From Azolla caroliniana (Eukaryota; Plantae; Polypodiophyta), in assembly GCA_043228905.1 (NCBI GenBank), contig JBHGNT010000013.1, positions 5,890,001-5,954,000 of the forward strand: 64,000 nt of DNA. The letters are read 5' to 3'. Positions within the stretch are counted from its first letter, which is position 1. Each line of letters starts with the position of its first letter. The notes below the pieces were generated by a model. The model was not told the DNA's origin, did no database searches, and saw only the letters and a list, made by a program, of their open reading frames with translations. Shown in pieces: positions 1-12,933 of the stretch. Both the position numbers and the translations under genes were made by a program.

Positions 1-1259
1 ATATTGAGGGGCGACTGTCGCTACGTGTGAAGTCATTTGGCTGAAGCGGCTATTACGAGATCTGCATGTAGAGGTGTCCGATCCGACAACGATCTATTGC
101 GACAATCTCAGCAATATCCACCTTGCGAGAAACCCCGTATTCCACGCCCGGACCAAGCACATTGAGGTGCCTTACGATTTTGTCCGTGAGCGGGTCCTTT
201 AGGTGAAGTCGAATTGGTGCATGTTTCGACTGATCGGCAAGTTGCTGACATCTTCACCAAGTTTCTTGGTCTCGACAAGTTACGGCATTTCTCGGGTGAG
301 CATGGGTTGCGTCACCTCGACACACCGAACTTGAGGGGAAGAAAGGAAGAACAGGAAGAAGAGCGTGAAAGGAGCGATGTTGTGGAATCGGATGAAGAAT
401 TCAATCTCGAACCGGCTGAAGAAGCCGAAGAAGGGAGCAAGGGACGTAATTGTAAGAAAGAACCGAGGACAACCGAATTAGGGGGAGATAAGGCCAAGAT
501 CAAGACGTGGTCTGATATTGTCAAAGGCCCGAAGACAGAAGATGAATTGGAGACAACCGATCCGGATGAGAGCGGAATTGAATCAGAAGAGTTCGATTCA
601 ATCGGAATGATCGATTCGGATACGCCGAATCAACTAATGGCCAAGTGGAGAAAAGCACAGCGAAGAACGTGCCAATACCGTGGCAACAAGGGAGCTGAGA
701 AGAGCCGAACGAGTAGACAAGCCGACTAGAATGAGGCGCGCAGAATTGAACAAGTCGAGGAGCGCGAGTGAGGTGCGAAGCTAGGAGAAGCCGGAGCATA
801 GATCTGGAAGGTAGGATGGAACCTCAAGTTGAGCTTGAGGGGGAGTGTTGAGTGACAAGCTCAACATTGGGTGCGTAATACGGTGCGTAACCCAGTGCGT
901 AGACTGGACACATAAGTTAGGATGCACAACTTGGCCGAAAGACCGTTAGAGAGATATTCCTCATAAGGAATAATTTTGGGAGTGAGTGTTGAGGCTCATT
1001 TATGAGCGGTCAAGTACTGTCAGTACTTGTGTCCGCCCGATTGTTAGGACTTGTATAAAAGGTGCTCACTGAGCAGAAGTATGTATAGAGTGTTGTTATT
1101 TTTGAAATTGAACTATTGTGTGTGCTCTCTCTGTCTCTCTCTCTCCATCTCTCCATCCCCATCTCCATCTCAGTGTTTTTTGCATTTACCGAACTGTCTT
1201 ATTTCCGAACTGTATACACTGTGTTTACGCATACGCTTCCGCACACGCTATTCTTTACA
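1..1259 (+). mobile_element. C0: 3' end of a Ty1/copia LTR retrotransposon (decayed RNase H, C-terminal extension, PPT, 3' LTR)
   Basis: Translation TIYCDNLSNIHLARNPVFHARTKHIEV...DRQVADIFTK is the copia RNase H end. PPT-like TTGAGGGGGAG (835-845) precedes TGTTG at 846. Same layout as the C1 3' end. Confidence 0.9.
846..1259 (+). repeat. 3' LTR of C0
   Basis: TG...CA termini; TATAAAA at ~1054; termini and the GGACTTGTATAAA..GTGCT..CTGAGCA block resemble the C1 LTRs. Confidence 0.8.
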
Positions 1260-1302
1260 AGAAGGTAATGAATTTAGGTTCAACAAGCAAAGAACAACTG
1301 AA

Positions 1303-1812
1303 GGAGAGAAGGACCTATCCGGCCGAAACCCAAATGACACTCGAAGAACCGGCCGGATTCGAAGCAGAAACCTGTCGAGAAACCGTTTGTTGTCCGTGGG
1401 CTAAAAATGTAATATTGTTTGGGATTCGCATATGTAATATCTAAAACCCCTAACGCAAAGTAGGTAAACAAATATAATCAAGAAGGAAGTTGAGTCACAC
1501 GCAGCCAAAAACAAAGGACAGTGAGAGCGTGCGCCGAAGACAGGCTATATAAGGAGGAGAGAAGGACTTATCCGGCCGAAACCCAAATGACACTCGAAGA
1601 ACCGGCTGGATTCGAAGAAGAAACCTGTCGAGAAACCGTTTGTTGTCCATGGGCTAAAAATGTAATATTGTTTGGGATTCGTATATGTAATATCTAAAAC
1701 CTCTAACGCAAAGTAGGTAAAAGTAGGTAAACAAATATAATCAAGAAGGAAGCCGAGTCACATGCAGCCAAAAACAAAGGATAGTAAGAGCGTGCGCCGA
1801 AGACAGGCTATA
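1303..1812 (+). repeat. Tandem duplication of ~255 bp inside the putative 5' LTR of element A
   Basis: GGAGAGAAGGAC(C/T)TATCCGGCCGAAACCC...GCGCCGAAGACAGGCTATA occurs twice (~1303-1550 and ~1556-1812). Confidence 0.9.
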
Positions 1813-1948
1813 ATACAATTAGAGTTGGGTTTTAAGTTGTGCCTCCTTTCGATTTCGTAACTAGACAGTGTTATCTCTTCCATTATTATTTACTAGCGCT
1901 ATGATTAACCCGTGAACGTTCATAACCTTTACGTTTCGGAAAGACAGT

Positions 1949-4900
1949 TTGGGGACTACTCGTACCACACCTTCCCGCCGCACAGAGCGCACCGAGGAAA
2001 CGGCCGATTCCGTGCTCAAACAACATTCCTCTCCAGACTCACAATCCTTGTCCCCTGTCAATCAGGAAGCCCAATCCTCTGCACCTGTACTTTCAGACTC
2101 ACAGTCCCACATTGGTTCAGACAGTGCCACTTGGACGAGTACTCCAGAAATTGCACCTTCCACTGAGTGCAACCTTGTTCTGACTCCTCCGGACGAACCA
2201 GATCTTGAGACAATGCCGTATCACCCCTACGTCCGCTATACGGATGGCCCGGATGCTGAACCCCATATCCGCTCCTTCCAAAACACATGGCAGGCCAATC
2301 ATTCGACACAACGGCTCATTGCCACGGAAATCGACACCTCCAAAATCACCGAATTTATGCTTTCCCTCAAAGGCCTTGCCGCTCGATGGTATTCCCAACA
2401 TGACCTTGGGGAGTTCACCACATTCCAGGACTTCCTCACGCAATTTTTAGAACTATTCCACAGGGAGATCCCCATATGCGAATTGCTTCGCCAGTTTTAC
2501 ACAATCGAACAAGGACCCAACGAAACCATATCCCAGTTGTTCCTTCAGTTCCAGGATCTCTACCGACAACTAGCACAAGATTTCTCGGTCAACCATCTCA
2601 AGGACATGTTCCTCGCCGGCCTTCAGGAGCCTCTCCGCATAACACTAGCTCTCACAGATTTTTCAGAACACACCATCGAGCAAGTAGTAGCTCGCGTTCT
2701 TGCGCTTGCACGAGCACACCACAACAATTCCTTTGCCATGGGTACGCTGCAAGTGGCCTTACCAACACCAGAGGAAACGCAATTCCGACAGGCACTACAA
2801 TGCATGATATGCATCTATGTAGGCCACTCCGCCCTCGACTGTCCTTCCCGACCACACTGCCCCATCTTCCATTCACGGGCACATACGGTCGAGCAATGTG
2901 AGTACAATATGCTGAACCAAACAACCACAACTACAGTCCACCAAATTGAGCCTCGCCCCAATCTTGTTCAACCAATCCCACCGACCAGAGAAGAGTCGTG
3001 ACCATGGGAAGAACTTGACCACATTACCACACGGCAAACAGTCCCGACACGACATGCTGCAATCAGGAGAATAAATATTATAACGAAACTCAAAACCACC
3101 CCAATCAAGCACACCCCATGAATGGACACTGCCCTTGTCACTAGGATCACCACCATTGCTGCAGGGATTACAACTTTGAGGCACCCCTCAATTATCGAGG
3201 TTTTCGTAATAATAGAGGCTCCCGATATTTAGGCAATCGCCGACATTTTGACAATCGCCGCCGAGATCAACAACACGACAATAATTGGTGTAACCCCCAC
3301 ATAGAGCCCAGGGGCAACACTTCCCAAGGTTATTCCCCACCAAGACGAGAAGATCAACTTCTAAATCCACCAACAACCTCATTCGAGCACGGAGACCCTA
3401 GCATTTCGACACCTGTCACATGTTTGAATTGCATTCAACCCGGCCATTCCGCCAATCAATGTCCCAATAACATAAGGGGTAAAGCACCAGCCATAAACAT
3501 GATCACGGTCGACATACAGCAAGTAACCACACAGAGTAAGATAACACAACTCTCGCAATGGGACACCCAGGACTCAGTTCGGCAACAGGCTACAGAATGG
3601 GTCGAGGCCGCAAACAACCGAAACATCAACCGTATGAAGGCCGACATCAAGCTAAACCACCCCCAACTCAACAGGACTGATCCACCCAGCACCAGCAATC
3701 CAACGGAAACAGACGCCGGGTGGCAAGAGCTCGCGGACTCTCAAATGTCGATGCCATTGCATAGGTGGCCTCACCTACTTCCATGTTTCAAGGAAACTAT
3801 CCATTCCCTCTCTTGGGACCCTGCGCAACCATTGGTCCACCTAACGACTCCAACACCCGGACCTCCTCTGATGGATTTACAAAATCCAACTGTACAACTC
3901 CTGATCCGTGTTCACGAAGCTGCCGACTGCATTATCGATGGCAGATCCAGCGTTAACGTCATTAGCAAAGCAACATCGCACAATGATCGGCATTACCCAA
4001 TGGGAGCCATGTCCCTTCTAGCTACGGATGGCAGACACACTGTCAGTACGCCCAATAGACCTCATCCGAATTTGGGAATTCACCTTGGATGGCCATTCCT
4101 TTCCCATGTCAACAGTAATCTTAAAATTAGAGGCTCCTGGCTCGTACCCCTTCTTGCTCGGCCTACCATGGTTATGCACCGCCAACATCAAGCAACACTG
4201 GCAAAAGAATATGATCTGATTTCGACAAGGCAAAACAAAAGTTCGCATTATGACGGAGGCGAGGAGCCCGACTACACTTGACAACAACCCATTATACGGT
4301 GAAGGAGTCCATATGCTAGATGGTCTCACAGATAATGAGATGAACTCCTTTCTAGAAGAGCACCCCACAATCGTTCCACTTTTTGAAGTCAATGTTCTTT
4401 CGGCCGTGGAGCCCTATGTAGCTACCGACAGCAAGCACGAAGCTCCGTACGAGCCAGACCTTGCGTCCATAAAGGAACTTCAACAGGCCTATGACGCGCT
4501 AGACCGCGAATTACAAATATCGCAGCGGGTCAAAGCCTCTATCTTGGAAGACGTCAACCTTGGTCCACCAAATGAGCCACAAATCGTCAAAATCGCCAAA
4601 GACTTGGCCACTAGCGATTGCTTGGGCTTAATAATATTGTTTACAGGGTATCAAGACGTGTTCGCCTGATCTTATAGCGACATGAAGGGTCTCGATCCGC
4701 AATACTATCAACATCAAATTCATTTGCACATGGATTCACGACCCATTCAACCACGACGCTACCGAATGAACCCCAACTATCTAGCACCGGTCAAAGAAGA
4801 AATCGATAAATTACTCCAGCGTCGGTTTCATCCGACCAGTGAAAAGAGCTACTTGGCTCAGCCCAATCATCATTGTCTCGAAAAAGAATGGCCAAATACG

Positions 4901-5693
4901 AGTCTGTGTTGATTACCGGAAACTAAACGCCGCCACAATCACGGATGCATTTCCATTGCCCTTCACCGATAACATCTTGGATACAGTAGCCGACCACAAT
5001 TGCTATAGCTTTCTCGACGGGTTCAGCAGCTATAATCAAATTCGCATGCACCCAAAGGATCAAGAGAAAATGGCTTTTGTCACGGAGTGGGGAGTATTCG
5101 TAGTAGTAGTCATGATGTTCGGATTGAAAACGGCTCCCGCCACATTCGAACAGATAATCTCTGAGATTTTCGATGACTTCATCCCCTCCTTTATGCAAGT
5201 ATTCCTGGATGATTTCACGGTTTATGGTCAACACACTGAACATCTACAACATTTACGATTATGCCTTGACAAATGCCGCTACGCCTGGCTCAGCCTCAAC
5301 TCGGTGAAATCTGCCTTCCAGATAACAAACAGTACGCTATTAGGTCACATTGTTAGTAAAGATGGCATTGCTATGGATCTTGGCAAAGTTCAAGCTATTT
5401 TACATGCCCCGGCTCTGACCACAGCTAAAACTCTCAAGAGATTCCTGGGCCAAATACGGTGGCACAATCTTATGCTCCATTACCTTTCTTATTTTGCAAC
5501 ACTCTTACACGCCGCAGTTCACACGTTGCCCTTTCGATGGACGGAACGAGAAGGCACGGTGTATCAATCCTTGAAGGTCATGATGTCCCAAGCCCCGGTA
5601 GTCCAACCCCCCGATTGGACACAACCTTTCCACGTATTCATGGATGCCTCGGACATCATGATCGGCAATGCCCTAATGCAGCGAACGCACTAA
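1949..5693 (+). pseudogene. gag-pol pseudogene of element A (gag, zinc knuckles, protease, RT, start of RNase H)
   Basis: MPYHPY..YTDGPDAEPH gag motif, CxxC knuckles, IIDGRSSVNV protease, VCVDYRKLN...VFLDDF RT, HVFMDAS RNase H; many stops and frameshifts. Confidence 0.9.
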
Positions 5694-6445
5694 TACATCG
5701 TATGGCCTATTTACAAATGTAGCCACTACTACACATCGTTACTATTATTATTGTTATAATAATAAACAGTCGACTCTCTGTTGTCAACTCTTCGACTATT
5801 GGCTACTTCCCAACAGTCGACGCCATCTAGTCTTTGAGTGTTGATTCTTCTGACTTCGAATAGTCAGTTCCTCCCACTGGAGGGACATATTCCCAACAAA
5901 CTCCCCCTTCACTCCTGTGGGAGGGAGTCAGTTAGTCTTGTCTTCTGTCGGCAAACTCCAAGTCTGTCCATAGGAAGGTCCTTCGTTAGCATGTTAGATC
6001 CGTTGTTGTTCGTGTGGATCTTCATGAGTGTAAACTCTCCTTCTTCGACTTTCTCCTGCAACCAGTGATACCTTCTTTGTATGTGCTTGATCCGGGAATG
6101 GTATGCAGCATGCTTGGCTAGATGTATGGCGCTTTGGCTTTCACAGTGAAGCAAGAACTCCTTTTGCTTCATCTCTAATTTGTTGAGAAAATTTCTCATC
6201 TAGATGAGCTCTTTTCCGGCCTCTACCGCGGCCATATACTCTGCCTCTATAGTCATGACTGCCACGACATTGCTCCCCCTGCATAGGTCATCACGTACCC
6301 TGACGTGGATCGGCTTGAGTCTACATCTTCTGACATGTCTGAGTCTATAAAACCTTCCAACATGGGTTTTCCGACACCATACCTTAGGCACACCCCCAAG
6401 GTGTCTTTTAAGCACCTGAGTATCCACTTCACCATTGCCTAGTGT
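5694..6445 (-). mobile_element. Fragment of a Tork-like Ty1/copia: RT end/RNase H, PPT and truncated 3' LTR
   Basis: VKWILRCLK..SRSTSGYVMTYAGG..EAEYMAAVEAGKE..SAIHLAKHAAYHSR matches C3. PPT GAGTGAAGGGGGAG, then LTR start TGTTGGGA at 5898. Confidence 0.85.
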
Positions 6446-8000
6446 CACTTCCAAATAGGGTCAGCTTTTGTCTGATACTGGCATTTGTAATAGTTTTGAC
6501 ATTGAGTTTTCTTGCTACCTCCTGGGTGTCCAGGTGTGCTGGAGCTTCAACTACCCGGATGTAGCCTTCAAGGCCCTTGTCATGTAACCATCACCGTAGA
6601 ACCAGGGAGATATAGATGGGCATATCCTCTTGTCGAGATTAACAAGGGGAGCGACTGGGGGCAATGATCTCAAGCTTATTTTTTGGTGATGACAAGGTGA
6701 GTGTGGGAAGTGAGGAGAGCGAGGGGAGCGAGGAGAGAAAGGAGTTTGGGAATGTTTTTTGCGATGTGCAGAAAAATGGCTTTTGTCCTCCTTTTGTGAA
6801 GATGTGAAGTGAGGTTTCAAGTTTTTGCGAATCATTGTGTGGATGTGTGTTCTTTCTACCTTGGAAAGTGTGTGTCCATGTAATCTCTTTAATAGTTGTG
6901 ACAATCCCTCCACCTTTTTTTTTCATTTCAGACCTAACGGTTAAGGTTAGCTTTAAAGTATATTAATGATGCATGCCCACCAGTGGGCCCGTTTAGTTGC
7001 CGTTCCATTCAGCCCGATTCTCTACATCAGCATGAAACGGGTTTGGCGGCGTGGGTCCCTAATACGGCTTCAATCGAAATCCGTTGACCTTTTGACGCAA
7101 AACTCCTCCTACCAAAGTGCATAGTTTGAGTGTCCTGTTCTCGGCTCCTATTATCCAGTATGGTCTAATCCATCGGAAACGTAATTTTCCTGGCATCTGG
7201 CCCATGTGTGTTTGGAATACTAAGACTGCTTTTCCAATTTTAAATCGCTTCTAATTGGTCCTATGGTGCCGGTCTATGAATGCCTTCTGTCACCGATGTT
7301 CGTGCTCCAAAATCTTCCATACTGTGGACTCTAGCTTCCCCTAATTCGAGTAGTTGTTGTAAGAAGATTTGCTTAAACTAGCCCTCCGACAGGCGTTCGC
7401 GGACTTGTATGCGTAAACTTGGTATCTAAAACGCTACAAGCATTACGGATTCTAGTCCGAACACCAACCGGAATGGTGTTGATTGGACGATGGTTTTGAA
7501 ACTACTGTGGTATGCCCATAAGACACTATGCAGCTTCGTGTCCCAGTCCGTGAGGTTATTGTTGACGATCTTTTTTAAGATGTTCTAAAGTTTTTTATTC
7601 GTCCATTCGCATGTGGATAATATGGCATACTTTTCTTGTGAACCACGACGTAATGTTCAGTGAGATCGTATACGACTATATTTAAGAAATGGCTTCCTTG
7701 ATTGATGATTAGCTCGATAGGGCAGTCGAAACGGCACCGAATCAGCTCATACAAGAATTTGGTTGTGGAAGTCGCGATATTGTCTCGTAACGCTTTTGCC
7801 TCCACCCATTTCATACAATAATCTATGGCCTCTAGGATATATTTGTTTCCCGTCTGAGCCATGGCTGGGGTAAAGGGTCCACGAAATCAAGGCTCCATTT
7901 CTAGAAAGGCTCAAGTGGAAGCACCGGCTGGTGAGGCATCTGTGCCAGCTCTATGGGTTAGCCCATACACTGGCAGAGGTTGCATTCTTTGCAGTATAGG
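6446..8000 (-). pseudogene. B: gypsy fragment (integrase core/C-terminus, spacer, start of accessory ORF)
   Basis: AIDYCMKWVEAKALRDN...PYYPHANG and MPGKLRFRW motifs. Downstream VEAPAHLDTQEVARKLNVKTITN is homologous to the H accessory ORF. Confidence 0.8.
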
Positions 8001-8650
8001 TACACATTCCTTTGCATTGTTGGTCACCACAGACCTGCTTGCCATATTTTTGAGACCTTGACATCCCCCACGTAGTGGCCCCCCTTGCCATATTTTTCAT
8101 TGGGGTGCATGACCCTCAAAGCCATCCATACACATTTGTCCACTTACATTCACACTCACACTCATATACATTTCAGATTGACACAACACTATGCTCTTTG
8201 CAGTATAGGTACGAGGTCACATTCTTTGCAGTATAGGTATGCATTCCTTTGCATTGTTGACCACCACAGACCTGCTTGCCATATTTTGGAGACCATGACA
8301 TCCCTTGCGTAGTGGCCCCCTTGCCATATTTTTCATGGGGGTGCAGGACCCTCAAGCCATCCATACACATTTGTCCACTTACACTCACACTTACATTCAC
8401 AGTCACACTCATATACATTTCACATTGACACAACACTATACTATTTGTAGTATAGGTATGAGGTCACATTCTTTGCAGTATAGGTACGCATTCCTTTGCA
8501 TTGTTGGCCACCACAGACCTGCTTGCCATATTTTGGAGACCGTGACATCCCTCGCGTAGTGGCCCCCTTGCCATATTTTTCATTGGGGTGCATGAACCTC
8601 AAGCCATCCATACACATTTGTCCACTTACACTCACACTTACATTCACACT
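7983..8650. repeat. ~240-247 bp tandem array (about 3 units; resumes at 17894-17940 after C1) containing gypsy integrase sequence
   Basis: CATTCTTTGCAGTATAGGTA...CACCACAGACCTGCTTGCCATATTTT...GTAGTGGCCCCCTTGCCATATTTTTCAT recurs at ~7983, ~8220 and ~8467. Confidence 0.9.
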
Positions 8651-9064
8651 TGTTGAGCGGCAAGCTCAACTAGAGCCGGATCGGCTGAATAAGCCTGAGC
8701 CGGCAAGCAAGACGGATCGGTAAGCCGTGAGCAACCGAGCCGGCAAGCAATAGAGCCGGTGAGTTGGGGAGCTGGTTAGCCGGATCCAATCGGTAACCGG
8801 AAGCCTGGTATTAGTTTAGACTACTAGGCAATTATAGTCTCGTAGTAAGTGTCAGAAGCTTGTGTGAGCATTGAAGTACGCGGTACTTCTGTCAGTCCCA
8901 TGAGGACTTGTATAAATAGTGCTACTGAGCACAGTTGTATGTAACAGAGTGATTATATCGTTTTGAATATAGCTTTTACGTTCTGCTCTCTCTGTCTCTC
9001 CCGTGTACTCCTTGTATTCCCTACTTTCTCTGTTTTCTAACACTTCCGCAAGTAATTGTTCACA
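8651..9064 (+). repeat. 5' LTR of C1
   Basis: TGTTGAGCGG...GTTCACA; TATAAATA at ~8911; near-identical to 17496-17893 apart from substitutions and a 16-bp indel. Confidence 0.95.
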
Positions 9065-9076
9065 TGGTATGAGAGC
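9065..9076 (+). other. PBS of C1 (tRNA-iMet)
   Basis: TGGTATGAGAGC versus canonical TGGTATCAGAGC, directly after the LTR. Confidence 0.9.
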
Positions 9077-12000
9077 GCGAGGGTTGAGAACCTCTTCAGC
9101 TGACAAACGCTTGAAAGCAAACCCTAACAAGTCGTAAGAACAATAGACAGAGAAGTGATGGATAGAGGGATGGCTAGCTCGCTCCCTTTGGAGAAACTCG
9201 ACAGATCCAACTATGCATCTTGGTTGTATAAGATGCACCAGTACCTGCTTGGGCATGGCTACTGGAGTTTCGTCGAAGGAGCCAACGAAACAACACCTGA
9301 TGCGGCACATAAGGACTTCCTAGTGTGGAAACAATCGGCAAGCAGAGTGATTTACTGCTTCGCGTCTAGTGTTAGAGACTAGCTGTTGAGCCACATCTGA
9401 GACACCAAGACGCCGAAGGAGGCTTGGGGGAACCTGAAGAAGGTTTTCGCCGTGAGCACTACAGCCCGGAAGCTACAACTCCGACAGGAGTTGAGCAATG
9501 TCCGACAGAAGGACATGTAGGTGGCGGATTACACGGCCCGGATCAAAGAGATCTGTGACTCGCTTGCCTCTATCAACGTTACCGTAGAGGAAGACGAGAT
9601 GGTACAGGTCTGTCTTGGGGGCCTGACATCTAAGTTTAGAGTGTTCCGAACGGTGGTGTGTACAAGGTAGAATACGCCGTCATTTTTCGACTTATAGTCG
9701 ATGCTCCTTGTAGAGGAGAACCACACCGGTGCGTCAACTAGCGCACCCACTGACAGCCGGATGCTGTACACGGAGGCGGATCGGTCCCGTTGGCGTGGTG
9801 GACGAGGTGGGTAGGGCATGCAATGGAGGCGGCCAACAACAGCAAGAACAAAGGCACAGAGAACGTGCCGACAACAGTTTCGAGACTCCCACAGGCAGGG
9901 GGAGTGATAGAGACACCGGACGACGGCAAGAGAAGTCAACAACGGAATGTTGGTACTATGGCAGAAAGGGCCACAGAGAAATCGAGTGCTGGAGAAAACA
10001 AGCCGATTCGGACAAATCCGGATCTGGCAACGCCAACAACGATGGCTGGCAAAGCTCGCACTACGCGAAGGGATCGAGAGGATCCAAGAATGGTAACGGG
10101 CCAACCTTGGTGATGAAGCACAAGGCGAACTCGATGAAGAAGACCACTTCCAAATCCGAGGAAGTGTGGTATGTTGATTCTGGTGCGTCAAACCACATGA
10201 CGAGCCACAAAGAGTGGTTCTACTTTTTGGAGAAATCGGATCAACCAGGAGTAGTTGAAACCAGAGACGACACTCCTCGCCCAATCGTGCACAAAAGGGG
10301 AAGCTGAGGAGAAGTCCCTTTGAGCCACGTCGGACAAAAGGGGAAGCTGATGAACGTATTACACGTTCCGACAATCACGAAGAACCTAGAGTCGGTCGGA
10401 CAGATCGTCGACCAGGGGATGCAGGTGCGGTTTACGCACCTTGGGTGCTTCATCGAGGAAGAGGGCTAGATTATTGCGCAAGGGCGCAACGACGGGAGGA
10501 TGTTTATCCTCGACACCAATGACGTTGGGACCGCTCTGTTTGCAAAAGGACAGAAGGTCGAATCGGACATCGACTTGTGGCACAAGTGGATAGGCCACGT
10601 CAATTATCGGAGGCTTCAAGACCTGCAAACGAAACAAGTTGTTTTCGGTTTGCCGAAGTTCAGCGGCCGGAAGGCCCAAGTTTGTGAAGCCTGCCAACTC
10701 GGGAAACAACACCGGCTTCCATTCCCTACCGAATGTAACTGGAGCTGTAACAAACTCGACCTAATCCATTCGGATGTGTGGGGACCGACACATAATGTTA
10801 GTCTTGGCGGGAGTCGATATTTCGTCTCCTTCATCGACGACTATACGCGGCATACATGGATCTACCTCATTAAGCGGAAGAGTGAAGTCTTTGAGTGCTT
10901 CCGGAATTTCCAAAGTATGGTGGAACGGGAATTGGAGAGGAAGATCAAATGCCTGCGGTCGGATGGCGGAAAAGAATACTTTTCCGGCCAATTCAACAGT
11001 TATCTACAGCAAACGAAAATTCGGCGAGAGTTCAGCTGCAGATACACACCGCAACAGAATGGTGTTGCCGAGAGGAAGAACCGGTCGCTTGTTGATGCGG
11101 CAAGGGCAATGCTAGAGGAGAAGAGCATGCCCAAATTCTATTGGGCGGAGGCAGTCCAAACGGTTGTCTAGATCCAGAACCAGATCGGTGACAAGGTGTC
11201 AGCTCACGAGCTGTATTTCGGGTGGAAGCCGAATTTGAGACACCTTAAGATCTTCGGTAGCATTGCATATGTGCATATACCGGATGAGAAGCGGAGGAAG
11301 CTAGATGCAAAATCGGAAAAATGCATCCTAGTTGGCTATGCTCAAGAGCAAAAGGGTTATAAGTGTTATAATCCCTGGACAAACGAGGTCCGAGTTAGTC
11401 GAGATGTCGAGTTCGATGAATCGGCATCATGGTACTCCTTACCGGCTCCGACTTCCGAATTTGACTCCATGCTGGAGGATGAGGCTAGTGCGCCTGAACC
11501 GGCCCAGGTAGATGATTATGAAGCGTGGACTCAGGATGAGAGTCCGGAATCGTTTTGGTTGAGTGGGCCGAACGAGAGACCGAGTCAATCTGACCAGTCC
11601 GATGAGGAACCGACGAGTAGTGGAGACTCTGCCGCGAAAGGAACCGAGGAGACGGTTCACGCCCAAAGAGAAGGGGAAGAAGAAGATGCCGGAATTCGAA
11701 ACCGGCAACGATGAGTCAGATCGGTGTGCATCCGACTCCGGCAAGCAGAATGGCGGATCTTTGGCAACGAAGACCAATCCGGCCAAGAAGGGCCTCAAAT
11801 CGGGTAACGGTGAGTTACACCGGTCTATCAGCTAGAAGGATCCCATCAAACGATACGGGTACAATGAGTACATGGTGCATCACTACGCGTACATGACTAA
11901 GGTGGTGGAAGTGCGTGAGCCAGGGAGCTACGCAGAAGCGGCAGAGGACGCAAATTGGCGTGCCACTATGGATGAAGAAATGCGGGCACTCGCTGCCAAC

Positions 12001-12933
12001 GAGACATGGGACCTGGTTGACCCTCCTCGTCACTGTAAACCGATCGGATGCAAGTGGGTGTACAAAGTAAAGTACAACACTGAAGGTTTAGTTAACCAGT
12101 ACAAGGCCTGGTTAGTGGCGAAGGGATATGCGCAGACCCACGGAATCGACAACGACGAGACCTTCGCTCCTATAGCGAAGATGACGACGGTTCGAGTGGT
12201 GCTGGCGGTTGCTGCGGCAAGGGGGGGCATCTTCATCAGATGGATGTGAAGAATGCATTTCTTCAAGGTGATCTTGAAGAAGAAGTCTTTATGACTCAGC
12301 CTCCCGGTTTTCAATCGGAGATGAACAAGTCGGTGGTATGCCGGTTGAAGAAGTCATTGTACGGCCTGAAGCAAGCCCCTCGAGCTTGGAATGCAAAGAT
12401 CAGGCACCGGTTGCGTAAGATGGGGTTTGTGGCCTCCAAATCGGACTCTTCATTGTTCATTCGGCAAGGCTGTATGTTGATGATCTAGTCATCACCGGAC
12501 TAGGATTTCCAGAAATAAACCGCTTCCAGTCCCAGTTGTCGGACACATTTGAGATGAAGGATCTGGGGGACCTTCATTATTTTCTAGGGATCGAGGTGAT
12601 CCGAACCTCTGACGGCATATTGCTCTCACAACGACATTACGTCTTGAATATGCTATACAAGTTCGGCATGACAGAATGCCGACCTATCTCCACACCCTTG
12701 GACCGGAACCAGAAGCTTCGTCCCAACTCCGGACCGGCCTACAATGAGCGACAGTTCTGACAATTTGTCGGAAGCCTTATTGACTTGACTATCACACGAC
12801 CTGACATCAGCTATCCGGTCGGAATGATAAGTCAATTCATGCAAAAGCCGACTGTGGAGCACCTTCAGTGCGCGCAACGGATAATGCGATATGTAAGCGG
12901 TACAAAGGACCGGGGCCTGTTATTCCGGCACGG

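Larger units (their letters stand above)
1260..5693 (+). mobile_element. A: decayed, 3'-truncated non-chromovirus Ty3/gypsy (same family as G1 and H)
   Basis: Putative LTR end AAAGACA at 1946, then degenerate PBS TGGGGACTAC (cf. TGGCGACCAC in G1). Gag-PR-RT-RH fragments are colinear with G1. Confidence 0.85.
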
